Source: a virus. Taken from it: DNA of 64,000 nucleotides. This document shows, piece after piece, positions 10,801 to 18,890 of this stretch (position 1 is its first letter; each line of letters starts with the position of its first letter). The translations under genes and the position numbers were made by a program. The DNA lies in the IMG/VR virus record IMGVR_UViG_3300033978_000724, positions 33,032 to 97,031 of that record; one strand, 5' to 3'. The notes below the pieces were generated by a model. It was not told the origin of the DNA. It made no database searches and saw only the letters and a list, made by a program, of their open reading frames with translations.

Positions 10801-13800
10801 CCGCACAGATTTGGTCTGTAGCAAAAATAGCTTTAGCCGCTAAGTTAATTAGTGACTACAAAGACGAATTAATAGAAATGGGGATGGCATCTATTAAGGT
10901 GGCACAAGAGTTTCAGGTATTAGGGAAAACATTAGAGTTTATCACGGGAGGAACAAAAGAGGGGGCTAAAAAGCTAGAGGAATTAAGAAACTTGGCTAAC
11001 AGTGTCGGGGTAGAAATCACTCCTTTAGTTGGTTCGTATAATCAGTTAGCAGCTGCCACTCGATTAACTCCAATGGAAGGACAGGTCACAGACGATATGA
11101 TCGAGGGTATTGTCAGGATGGGGGCAACGTTTGGATTGTCAACAGAGCAGATACACGGGTCTATTAATGCTATAGCACAGATAGCAGGTAAAGGCGTTGT
11201 ATCAGCGGAGGAATTACGAGGGCAGTTAGCAGAAAGAATACCAGGTGCTTTTCAGTCGGCGGCTAGGGCAATGAAAATGACTGAAAAAGAATTGTATCAG
11301 TTGATGTCAACAGGTAAATTGACAGCTAATGAGTTTATTACACTATTTGGGCCTCAGCTAATAAAAGAGTCTGCTTTTGCTGAGGGGCAGGTGACTACAT
11401 CTATTGCTAACTTAAATAGGCTGAAAAACCAAGTGACAGAAGTTCAATTAGCTGCAGGAAAAGCGTTAACGCCACTTTTTGACTTTGGGGTAAGAATAGC
11501 ATCAGCGGGAATCGAAGCAGGGAAATTCGTTTTTGGCTTACTGAAAATGACAGTAGTAAATCAGCTTGTCTCTGGATTGATAGGTGCTTGGCCGTTGGCT
11601 AAATTTGTGGGAACAGTTGCTCTTTTAAAAACATTAGCCGAATCTATTAGTCTTTTTGGGGCTGGGGTAACACTTTATCTAACTACTACAGGAATATCGC
11701 TGAAGGCATTTTTAATGGGAATAGCGAAAAGTATCGCAGTGATAATGGCACAGGCATTAGTGGCATGGGCGGTCATGAGTCAGGCTACTAAGATGATAGA
11801 GGCATGGGAAATGCAGTTTAGCAACAAACATAGTGTGTATAAAGTGTGGGCTGACAACGTTGAATCAAACGCAAAGAGAGTAAAGAAGGCAATGGAAAGT
11901 GTTTCTTCTAAGGACGTAAAGGTAGTGCTGCCAGAGGTAGAAAATAGAAACAAGATAACTAAAACAGGAAACTGGATAACTGACTTTTTATCTATAAACC
12001 CCGACCAAGCTCAACACGTTATCAAGAGACTGAATGCGAAAAGAAAACGGCAAGGAAAAGCTGAGATGACACCAGAAGAAGTTGATGCAATGTACGAAAA
12101 CTTTAACACGGGCAATATCGTTAACATTAGCGGGGTACAAGAAGCCACCTATAGAGATATGATAATGAGAGGGGAAAGACAAGAACAATCAGACAGTCTT
12201 TTCTTTAAGCCAATTCAGTCAGCATTAGAAAGTTACAATATCAGCGGTGCAGGGGTATTAAAAACAATATCTGATATAGATAAACAAATTAGTTTATTAG
12301 AGGCTAAAAAAGCAATCTTAGACCCTGCTGATGTTAATACAGCTAAGGCAATATCAGAGGAAATAAAAGGATTAAAGAAAAACAAAGAGGATTTAATTAA
12401 TCCACTAGATGCCTCCGAACAGGGTTTAAAACAGTCATTAAAAGATAATGAAAAAATAATTAGTGATTATGAAAAAGCATTAATAAACCAATCATCTCCA
12501 GATGAAAAGATCAGAAAAGAAGCCGACGCTTTATTGCAAAAACCAGGTATGGATAAATCTAGTATTAGTTTGGTCAGAGCGGAAATAGCTAACACTAAAA
12601 AGACACTTGACTCTTATGCAGAAGCTACGGCTAAATCAGGTGCTATTAGTAATACTAAAAAGTTAGCTATGGCATTGATGGAATTGAGTGTGGCATTTTC
12701 TTCTGTCGAAAAGAGAATAGGAGAGATCCATACTGGCAAGCTAAAAGGCATAGCCCAAGCACAGGTAAAAGGATTTAGTACTGACCGATTTAATACTACA
12801 AATACAGGACTAAGAACGGCGGAGGAAAACTATAACCACACTCAGCGGATGTTAAAAGAAAGAAAATCTACTATAGCAAAACTAGAAGAAGACTTGGCAT
12901 TAAATCCAACAAAGGCATCAGCAGATCAATTGATCGCCAATCAAGAGGCTATTAAAAAGAGAAAATTAACAAGTGAGGAAATAACACAACTAGCAGAGTT
13001 ATATGGCGGTGAGGGGCAAGAGAAGTTAAAACAGGCACTAGATTCTGAAGCAGCGTTGAGAGAAGAAAAGTTAAAAAACCTCGACTTAGAAAAACAATCT
13101 GTAGATGATATTTACAATATCAGGCAAGCCAGACAAGCCCACTATCTAGCCATCTACGAAGATGCTATAGATGAAATAAAACAATTAGACCAACGCAATC
13201 TAAGCAATGCTATGACCGGAGCAAATAACGTATTGGCTAGAGGGTTACGGTCTGATTTAGGGGCAGAGGATGCTTTTAATGTGAAGGCAACAGGGATGCA
13301 ATATATTAAGGTACAAAAAGACATAGAAAATAATGCCTTAGCAATGAAGAGCCTAAAACAGGCTTACTTTGAAGGGAAGGAAAGTTTAGAACAATATACA
13401 ACTAAGAGCCGGGCGTTATTAACAGAAGACGCACAACTAAAACAACAATTAGTTGAGCAAGAGATAGCCTATATTAGGGCTGTATCTCAAGCCAGAATGA
13501 ACGCATTACAACGAATCAAAGAAAGTCGTGATGCTAATACAGAGATAGCTAATTCTGGCAGAACAAAAGCTATCACACAAAACTCTATTAGTAAGTTTAG
13601 GACTGATGAGTTCTTAACCAATAACGAGTCATTAGCTCAAGCCAAAAATGGATTAGTAGAAATACAAAACCAACTTAAAAACACTAAATCAGAGTTGTCT
13701 GAATTAGAAGAGGCTTATGCGGGAGGAAAAGGTCCTTTATTATTAAATGAATACATCCAAAAGAAACGCCAATTATTAATCACTCAGGCACAGCAAGAAT

Positions 13801-16292
13801 CTCAATTAGCCACAGCAGAAATGGCACGGATGCGGGCGATTGAAGACTATCGTTTGGCTATGTTGGATAGAATGCGAGATGTATCTAATAATAAAAATGC
13901 CATATTAAACGCTGAAGCATTAACTCAATTAGCACAATCTCAAATGTCGGGGCAAGTATCTGATTCTACTATTAACCGTCAATCCGCAGAAATAGGTTTA
14001 GACAATGCTAAGAAGGCGGTAGATGTAGCACAAGATTCTTTATCTCAAGTACAAAAAGCATTCGCTAAAAAAGAATTATCTGCCGAGAAATACCAAGAAA
14101 GATTACGTACTATTAACCTGGAAATTGCACAAGCTAATCAATCGGTAGCCGAACAAGAATTGGCTGTATTAAAAGCCAATGAACAAGAAAAGATAAGCAT
14201 TATTGAAAAGTCTTTAGAAAAACAAGATAGACTTAATAAACTAAATGCAATTAAGGCGAAGATAAACAATCCCGAACAATTAAGTGGGATGTTAGTATCA
14301 GGCGGGACTAGCGACTTAACTAGCTCTATCTTTAACAATCAAGAAACTAATACAGGTCAGGACCAACAGATTACATCTTTAACAAGCAAACTTGTGGGGA
14401 TGAAAGGTATTCTCAACCCCACCAAAGACCTACAAGATAAGATATTAGCGACAGAACAAGAGTTAAACGAGGCTGTTTTAACTAAACGATTGAATCTATT
14501 AAGCCAGTCGCTAGAGTACAAAAAACAGATGTTGAACGCCACTCAATTAGAGAATAAAGCAATTGAAAACCAGTTGAACGTAATTGACTCTCAACATAAG
14601 ATACAACAGGCTTTAGTCGAAATAACTAAGAAACGTTTAGAGAATGAGATTGTATCAATGGAGAGAGTTAAAACTTTAAGCGATGAAATAGGCTCGTCAT
14701 CCATTGAATCTGTTAAGTCTCGCTCTCAGTTTGATGACGCTATTGCCTCTAAACGATTGAAAACATTAGGTATCGAATTAAAAGCCAATGTCCGTAATTT
14801 AGAGATAGAACAACAAAGAGAAATATTAGGTCAACGGAAAGCCGAAAACGAAAGTAGATTGGCTGTATTACAGGCTAAAAATACTGCGTTAATAGCTAAT
14901 CAATCAGGTAATAGCGATGCTATTGCCCTGGCACAGCAACAGTTGAGTCTAGCTAACGAGAGCCTTTCAGTTGTATTGCAACAGGGGCAGTCAATGTCTC
15001 GGTTACATGACACCCAAAGAACAAAGTTAGCATTAGAGCATAAAGGGACGTTAGAGGCTGAGAAATATGCCAAGATTCAGGACACGATTAATAGCAAATT
15101 AAAAACGGCTAATTCATACCTGGATAAACAGAAAGAACGGTTAGATAGCATCAATGAATTAAATAAAGCTATCAATAGTGCAAAGACTAATGTACTAGAA
15201 AAACGGGGCGGTATCATAGACCGTGGCATTGATTTGTTTGATCAAATTAACGGCACAGAAAAAGTCACTGATCCAGCAGAAAATCCTATCTTAATGAAGG
15301 AATTGCAGGAACAATTAAAAGCTAACACAGGTATTGATAACCTTAAAAATATAGACCCTAAAAAGATGTACTCTGAGCGACTAAGATTAGAAGAGACATT
15401 GGCTAATCAAAAGATGGACTCTTTACTCGCTGAACAGAATATGCAAAAGACTTTATTGCAGATAGAGTTTGATAAGTTGCAACTGCAAGGCGAGGCACTT
15501 CTTCTTCAGGCTAAGATGTTGGCTTTACAGGCTAAGGGGACAGAAAACGAAGCGGACGCTAATCAAGCAGTAAAAGATGCCACATCAAACTTGACAGGGA
15601 TTGCGGACAGACGTAAAAGTGCCGAGTCTGCATTAGGTGTTAATCAGTCAATGGAGCGATATAACCAAGAGATAGACAACGCTAATGCTATTAATGAAAC
15701 CAGAAGACGTAGTGCAGAAGCAGGTTACAAACCAGAAGGAGACCCCGCTAAATATCCTGGAACACCTCGATTTGCTGGAAAAAGTGTGGATGAGTTATTG
15801 GCAGGAGAACCTAAACGTTTTGGCTATGCACCTAGTTTTGATTTGAATAGGGAAGTAGAGGCTATGCTTAAAGGTGGTAGCACTGATAATCTATTTAGAA
15901 ACATTGCCCAAGATGTTACACCTGGGAAAATAGATATAGCCAATATTCCTGAGACACAAGAAGCAACCTATCAGCCATTAGACTTAAACAATGAGCTATT
16001 GATAGACGCTAACGATGCTACCAGAAAAAATACCACTGCGATGCAAGATTTGATCACAGCCCTTAAATCTGTAGTCGTACCAGAAGGACAGCCAAGCCAA
16101 AATACAACGCCAAAAGCGACTCCAGAATACGCAAATAATCCCGTAGGACCAGGAGGACCCACAGGACCAGGGATTCAACAGAATACTACTAACGTTAATT
16201 ATGGTGGCGTTACTATTATTTCTAGCGACCCGACAGGCGATGCCAGAAAAGTGTTAACTGATTTGGCAAAAGCGAATAAAAATAGATTTTAA
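4860..16292 (+). CDS. Giant tape measure protein with embedded alpha/beta-hydrolase-like domain
   Basis: ~3810 aa; N-terminal VGGVEIAVELN; LDIHSPAGEFEEIGENIG motif; tape-measure core QIAGKGVVSAEELRGQLAERIPGAF (~11180-11250); hydrophobic segments then long coiled coil; start at 4860 or 4866 more likely than TTG 4851. Confidence 0.88.
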   Translation: MVMVGGVEIAVELNLEGIEEALRDLHERIKSTSFYVDVKYNATQQGSTKQRQSQPTSRNQVQPFADTSNRLSNSMNAIGNINSKGFESLQRDLRNLSSTIDKSSSNTLSTSSNKLSNISNILEKGHRDISSVFQKTSEQSSKQISSQVKKSARYSLIKEVKTAATQGLIYNTFFQEGIDMMGNKITSSVLKKAGRAVRKAEVPLRLMGMGNVPDNFDKVQKRADEYAGQVTQLIKTPEFEKNAKEAFETIKLAFVSATSDSSDFSGSIHELAVESRQSFSQLKSAINGVLDGLTSTASQVEGFAQLDELSNSFSDIVDATEENRDDIDNFLTAYRVKLKEFLSQLQDGGNEDLDLSSVSKVADGLSVTLNRLNRSIKQRSEKTGTAFVTLEQAIQKTSEVFSKTVSETRKKQIGNTIQEVVDKKETAQGFNTEGKPGVVVYLPGFGIEPDEALQKKIESLTDTENQALNIRTSPELDRDSKLKGGKNDNALQYAYRALNTNLTNYSSLTTEVIADIVKTVEDNPDLKDVTIVAHSLGGAIAREIIEVVNTIDLVKIIKDSLGRDITISGLSYGTATMGLAKPVENAPDPNNPNFESVLSLDDAVAKVGLFNQGSVRFPGLPLESTGGGLPGHSTDEYLGGQTIREYMQSKVQVGVAPKAKDASSLPDSQAGKVLEEYKKELEKRTIPKLKDIVFQLGINQQKNKALYIEKILERSTEEIDNAILEAEGRKDMAPVTKEKEAYILDLLHGMESSVDKQLHGMKSIPADDTEKGLKIIEEAQKAIEAIKKEQRENVFSPSASKQLQGYLLHLRGNIKRVSKMLPAGTLEKAATKKQEALFKKESGVLFNSLAEVGKNITQGLESGIDIDEVADMGMLIGDTITEATKDSLDIHSPAGEFEEIGENIGAGLIQGLSSLDEVAVVIQDKMAAILEQTNRQIEKNKEMFTLASYLRDVDAKRSSNLSADINSLTSNFDPAEIEKEIVEKEEQYGRNNKGIPSLSDLSQYVEKKNVIPSLSQVSNSLKKREPLPTALTEPGPDVIFPPFKEKMASGVPTLKEVANILIQRKASDDVRLAKTLETTFKLLYNRNKQRTQDPDYLPGDYFGSKEVDASMKEIEKTFAGVKRKEEEIRMANEEAKKELVTFTGIVSATNQILEKKTKQSLQNADRNRARQSAGFVEKTRSRAGIESMLGLEESPDFEEIAKEIEEKEKEWLSDIAKLSDQEMDAKWEKKGVLKEQSQTPVKPQGLTGMPAIMMALKQIEKQRTKAFAESLTRELKDWDKAIEDLEFTQILEDANSIVEEISDAFASVVIDNSPVLESLDDTTEAIEKSWDEIAWVFNRVGSTIANIDTKPLLELEDGLASADINTLTDSLIQIVDGYKEAQEETSVVAQSNPTKKTKGRPSFTEILASNSAYIDVWAKTKKGKRDREKLNSVEKRSPLSRLLSQMDDETLAHTREVSKNGKKISLKFLPDRKFFKQYEEKLKAIGITDRKEMFDIFQDVRAGNVEWLANHIQNSMLDVKSNNPEDYKKKIKELLKQAKVTKDEAEGIIEFYMNSGSWSLNRQEKMKNTKGNPLDAVAQFYAENNERLNEIKKQKSLTRRAGRAAGNLVKNRVGKPLATFGKNRIVDPLANTRAGQKIKEIREDRKKKNSFEEIDPSKLSPKKVEEYLRKYADRTSELAPEKLAELTEIAEEYLADKFMKELNLDAIWDKIMIDKMDFKDLETVQFAYLMQSKQSAEVAKKTFESSKTYDAIVKGFDSFVHEWMPNKVKETLKKAEEFFSKTEGGRKLVDGAKGLYKTLDNLQVISAVKGAGKLLGASFSKIYQGLFMIIAPITGLGIVLASQAAVIAREVVESPLLRAFGSDIMDVLGTIFGTIAGDFRKLSLMFLNTPFGKVLGETATGIFSFLKESAKGIKEFIAKPDFIKLFGGMESIKENIRNSPIVKYVAESPVGQYVKKRARPAVKFVRDSAWGSEDKPGFFRPAQIWSVAKIALAAKLISDYKDELIEMGMASIKVAQEFQVLGKTLEFITGGTKEGAKKLEELRNLANSVGVEITPLVGSYNQLAAATRLTPMEGQVTDDMIEGIVRMGATFGLSTEQIHGSINAIAQIAGKGVVSAEELRGQLAERIPGAFQSAARAMKMTEKELYQLMSTGKLTANEFITLFGPQLIKESAFAEGQVTTSIANLNRLKNQVTEVQLAAGKALTPLFDFGVRIASAGIEAGKFVFGLLKMTVVNQLVSGLIGAWPLAKFVGTVALLKTLAESISLFGAGVTLYLTTTGISLKAFLMGIAKSIAVIMAQALVAWAVMSQATKMIEAWEMQFSNKHSVYKVWADNVESNAKRVKKAMESVSSKDVKVVLPEVENRNKITKTGNWITDFLSINPDQAQHVIKRLNAKRKRQGKAEMTPEEVDAMYENFNTGNIVNISGVQEATYRDMIMRGERQEQSDSLFFKPIQSALESYNISGAGVLKTISDIDKQISLLEAKKAILDPADVNTAKAISEEIKGLKKNKEDLINPLDASEQGLKQSLKDNEKIISDYEKALINQSSPDEKIRKEADALLQKPGMDKSSISLVRAEIANTKKTLDSYAEATAKSGAISNTKKLAMALMELSVAFSSVEKRIGEIHTGKLKGIAQAQVKGFSTDRFNTTNTGLRTAEENYNHTQRMLKERKSTIAKLEEDLALNPTKASADQLIANQEAIKKRKLTSEEITQLAELYGGEGQEKLKQALDSEAALREEKLKNLDLEKQSVDDIYNIRQARQAHYLAIYEDAIDEIKQLDQRNLSNAMTGANNVLARGLRSDLGAEDAFNVKATGMQYIKVQKDIENNALAMKSLKQAYFEGKESLEQYTTKSRALLTEDAQLKQQLVEQEIAYIRAVSQARMNALQRIKESRDANTEIANSGRTKAITQNSISKFRTDEFLTNNESLAQAKNGLVEIQNQLKNTKSELSELEEAYAGGKGPLLLNEYIQKKRQLLITQAQQESQLATAEMARMRAIEDYRLAMLDRMRDVSNNKNAILNAEALTQLAQSQMSGQVSDSTINRQSAEIGLDNAKKAVDVAQDSLSQVQKAFAKKELSAEKYQERLRTINLEIAQANQSVAEQELAVLKANEQEKISIIEKSLEKQDRLNKLNAIKAKINNPEQLSGMLVSGGTSDLTSSIFNNQETNTGQDQQITSLTSKLVGMKGILNPTKDLQDKILATEQELNEAVLTKRLNLLSQSLEYKKQMLNATQLENKAIENQLNVIDSQHKIQQALVEITKKRLENEIVSMERVKTLSDEIGSSSIESVKSRSQFDDAIASKRLKTLGIELKANVRNLEIEQQREILGQRKAENESRLAVLQAKNTALIANQSGNSDAIALAQQQLSLANESLSVVLQQGQSMSRLHDTQRTKLALEHKGTLEAEKYAKIQDTINSKLKTANSYLDKQKERLDSINELNKAINSAKTNVLEKRGGIIDRGIDLFDQINGTEKVTDPAENPILMKELQEQLKANTGIDNLKNIDPKKMYSERLRLEETLANQKMDSLLAEQNMQKTLLQIEFDKLQLQGEALLLQAKMLALQAKGTENEADANQAVKDATSNLTGIADRRKSAESALGVNQSMERYNQEIDNANAINETRRRSAEAGYKPEGDPAKYPGTPRFAGKSVDELLAGEPKRFGYAPSFDLNREVEAMLKGGSTDNLFRNIAQDVTPGKIDIANIPETQEATYQPLDLNNELLIDANDATRKNTTAMQDLITALKSVVVPEGQPSQNTTPKATPEYANNPVGPGGPTGPGIQQNTTNVNYGGVTIISSDPTGDARKVLTDLAKANKNRF

Positions 16293-16729
16293 CTTTTAGG
16301 GCAAATTCGTCTATGAATAAAATCTATATGGCGAGAATCCGGCAATGTAGTTGAACGCCATAAGGGGTCTGGAGAATATTTATACCATTCTACTCCGCCC
16401 CTACTGTCACCTGTTACAAAGCCAATTAAGTCGTATTCTCCAGTACTACAAGACATGACACCATAAAACTCATGATAGTCAAACGACAAAGACTTACTTC
16501 TTTGTTTTCTTTGTTCTCTAGTGATAAAACCGTATTTATCACTACCTAGAGGGATCAATTTTTTATCAACTAAAAACACATCTATCGAGTCATCCCCTAC
16601 TACTACAAACTGAGGCGGATTAGACCGTTGCCTTGCCCATTGAGGGTATCCTTGCCAATTTCCTTGTGCCAAAACATTCAACGGGACTAAAGCAATAATT
16701 GATGATAAAATAATAGTGGATAGTTTCAT
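16289..16729 (-). CDS. Secreted/periplasmic protein (moron-like)
   Basis: Signal peptide MKLSTIILSSIIALVPLNVLA behind a GAGG RBS; own orientation. Confidence 0.6.
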   Translation of the reverse strand: MKLSTIILSSIIALVPLNVLAQGNWQGYPQWARQRSNPPQFVVVGDDSIDVFLVDKKLIPLGSDKYGFITREQRKQRSKSLSFDYHEFYGVMSCSTGEYDLIGFVTGDSRGGVEWYKYSPDPLWRSTTLPDSRHIDFIHRRICPKS

Positions 16730-16808
16730 TTTGGTTCCCTCTTTTAGGTTAGGTTGATTAGTACCTATCACTGTATTAAAATAGTGGTAGGTATTTTGAT
16801 TTTAACAA

Positions 16809-17537
16809 ATGATCACCGATAAATATTTTACCGTCCAAGTGATAGCTAAGACGGTTAATCCACAACAATCCGCATACTTAGCAATGCACCAGGATTATTC
16901 ATCTGAATTAGTGGCTATTAACGAATCAATCCCTAGCGAGGAAAAGTGTGGGGAAATAATTGTCAACCGATTATTAGCCGGCGATAGAGGACATTGGGGT
17001 CCTCTGGAGCATATTAATATTATTTTAAATTGTGGGTACTTCCCTCACTCAGTCATGCAACAGGCTACCAGACATAGGATAGCTAGTTTTGATGTGCAAA
17101 GTTTTCGATATACATCAGACCAAGTATTAGAAGTTGCCACCGGCGATAAAGATATTGAATCAGTATTCTACCTGAGACCCGTCGGTGATTATTCTGATCG
17201 GAGTGGCAAAAAGTATCATTACTCAGAAGAACAAAGAGTAAATGATCTGCTGTGGTGCATGGAATCAGCTAAACGATATTATAAAGATATTAATGAGTAT
17301 GGAATGTCTGAGGAACACGCCAGAGGTAAACTACCTTTTGACTACCGTCAACACTTTGTTGTTAGTTTTAATTGCCGTAGTCTCATGCACTTTTTGGATT
17401 TACGATCTAAAAAAGATGCACAATTAGAAATACAAATATTGTGTCAGCTGATGTGGAATCACTTTCAAGAGTGGGTCCCGCAAGTGGCTGAATGGTATCA
17501 GAAAAATAGATTAGGGAAGGCTAAGTTATCGCCATGA
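16809..17537 (+). CDS. thyX: FAD-dependent thymidylate synthase
   Basis: GHWGPLEH, RHRIASFDVQSFRY (RHRx7S), LDLRSKKDAQLEI. Confidence 0.95.
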   Translation: MITDKYFTVQVIAKTVNPQQSAYLAMHQDYSSELVAINESIPSEEKCGEIIVNRLLAGDRGHWGPLEHINIILNCGYFPHSVMQQATRHRIASFDVQSFRYTSDQVLEVATGDKDIESVFYLRPVGDYSDRSGKKYHYSEEQRVNDLLWCMESAKRYYKDINEYGMSEEHARGKLPFDYRQHFVVSFNCRSLMHFLDLRSKKDAQLEIQILCQLMWNHFQEWVPQVAEWYQKNRLGKAKLSP

Positions 17538-17785
17538 ATAAGACTGAATTATTACAATCTATTCTCAACCAAGCTGATCCTGACAGTGAATATTATGATG
17601 AAGATAACGATAACTGGCTTTTTGAAGCAGAATACCGCCCAAGGAAAGGTGGGTGGGCTATGCCGGTCGAAGCTAGACATTGGGGAGATGAAGGAGAGTA
17701 TCTAGGAAAGGATATTAAAGAATCGTTGATAACATTGAAATACTTAGGATTTAGCGTACCTAAATATGAGAAAAAAGAAACTTAG
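17534..17785 (+). CDS. Hypothetical protein (paralog of next gene)
   Basis: ATGA overlap; shares LQS..GxW..EYLG..TLxYxGF with 17766-18017. Confidence 0.65.
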   Translation: MNKTELLQSILNQADPDSEYYDEDNDNWLFEAEYRPRKGGWAMPVEARHWGDEGEYLGKDIKESLITLKYLGFSVPKYEKKET

Positions 17786-18017
17786 TAAAATAGAAATATT
17801 GCAATCTTACCTGGCATCTATTCCCACCAAAGAAGAATTTAAACACTTTATTAATAGTCAAGTTTTCTTTCGTGGTCCTGCCGGGTATTGGGTTGTGCTT
17901 GCCGGTCAAGAGGTTAAAAATCCTTTTGACGAAGAGACGGCAGAATATTTGGGCTTAAATTTTTCACAGGCTATGCACACTCTTAGATATTACGGATTTA
18001 CTACTAATTATGATTAA
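17766..18017 (+). CDS. Hypothetical protein (paralog of previous gene)
   Basis: Shared motif pattern with 17534-17785; overlapping operon arrangement. Confidence 0.65.
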   Translation: MRKKKLSKIEILQSYLASIPTKEEFKHFINSQVFFRGPAGYWVVLAGQEVKNPFDEETAEYLGLNFSQAMHTLRYYGFTTNYD

Positions 18018-18198
18018 TATTACTACTCCAATTAAATTATGCCGTCGTGGCAGTTGTTGCCCTGAGTTAAGCATGACCGCCGCTGGCAATGTCAGGTTAA
18101 CCGATGATTACGGAGGTAAAGTCATCCTTACTCAGGATGAAGTTGATATTTTGTATGTTGAGTTGGCCAAGTTAATAGCCCAAAAAGAGAATGTTTGA
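18010..18198 (+). CDS. Small hypothetical phage protein
   Basis: LCRRGSCCP..LTDDYGGKV motif; overlaps both neighbours. Confidence 0.65.
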   Translation: MINITTPIKLCRRGSCCPELSMTAAGNVRLTDDYGGKVILTQDEVDILYVELAKLIAQKENV

Positions 18199-18481
18199 TT
18201 TATTTGTCTGTAGCTACGGTCTAAGGTGGCTGATGTGGGAATACAAGTTATTCGACAATCAAAGGGCTTATCTCGCAAATCTACACCCAATCCTGAAAGA
18301 ATTAACCGGCTGTTCCTATTGCCAGATGATCGAGTGTTCTACTTTCCTTTGGGTCGTCTTTGAATTAACCAACGTTCATCACTACCCAATTCCGATTGGT
18401 TTAGGGTATGTCCTCTTTTTTGGCTGGACAGCGTGGGTAATTTCCTTGCTAGAGAATTTACTCGACCGGCCCAAAGATTAA
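18191..18481 (+). CDS. Small membrane protein, DUF1360-like
   Basis: ELTGCSYC motif flanked by hydrophobic segments. Confidence 0.55.
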   Translation: MFDLFVCSYGLRWLMWEYKLFDNQRAYLANLHPILKELTGCSYCQMIECSTFLWVVFELTNVHHYPIPIGLGYVLFFGWTAWVISLLENLLDRPKD

Positions 18482-18539
18482 ATAATTACATTAGGCCAAT
18501 AGATGATTTCTCTTTTTCTCTCTTACAGATTTGGTATAT

Positions 18540-18779
18540 ATATTATAAAGCATTTTCTGTCATCCCTAGGATTTAATACTAGAAACACTTTTAGCGATCC
18601 GGCGGGTGCGTGAATGAAGGCTATTCGCAACGAATACCGACGGCTAGGATGTACTTTTCCCGTCGGCGTTTCATTTCTTTACTTTTTAACCTGTTCTGGC
18701 TAAATACACTTTTTGTCAGCCGTCAAAGCTATGTCAGATATAGGATTATGCGATCCGCTGGTGTGGCGAATGAAATCAG
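18540..18779 (+). repeat. Dispersed ~240-bp non-coding element, copy A
   Basis: Colinear with the reverse complement of 29091-29330 (about 70% identity by hand alignment). Confidence 0.9.
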
Positions 18780-18842
18780 ACATAGGTCGGGGTGTTTTTT
18801 AAAGTTGAGATTAATTATTTAGTATTTTGGACCAAACGTTAG

Positions 18843-18888
18843 CAAAAAAAGAGTCCCTTTGAGTAAATATTCTGGACTCCTTTTTTGT
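18843..18888. terminator. Bidirectional intrinsic terminator
   Basis: CAAAAAAAGAGTCC..GGACTCCTTTTTTG just past the portal gene stop. Confidence 0.65.
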
Positions 18889-18890
18889 GA

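Noticed and set aside
5366-16178. Many minus-strand ORFs inside the tape measure gene, and similar shadow ORFs opposite other genes
   Set aside because: Antisense shadows rich in S/F/L/I with no RBS or recognisable motifs.
18540-18779. Dispersed element as a conserved structured RNA
   Set aside because: Copy A stems are disrupted without compensation in copy B, so a DNA site is preferred, although RNA is not excluded.
18610-18822. 70-aa ORF within repeat copy A
   Set aside because: GTG start with no RBS; no equivalent ORF is listed for copy B and conservation is block-like rather than codon-like.
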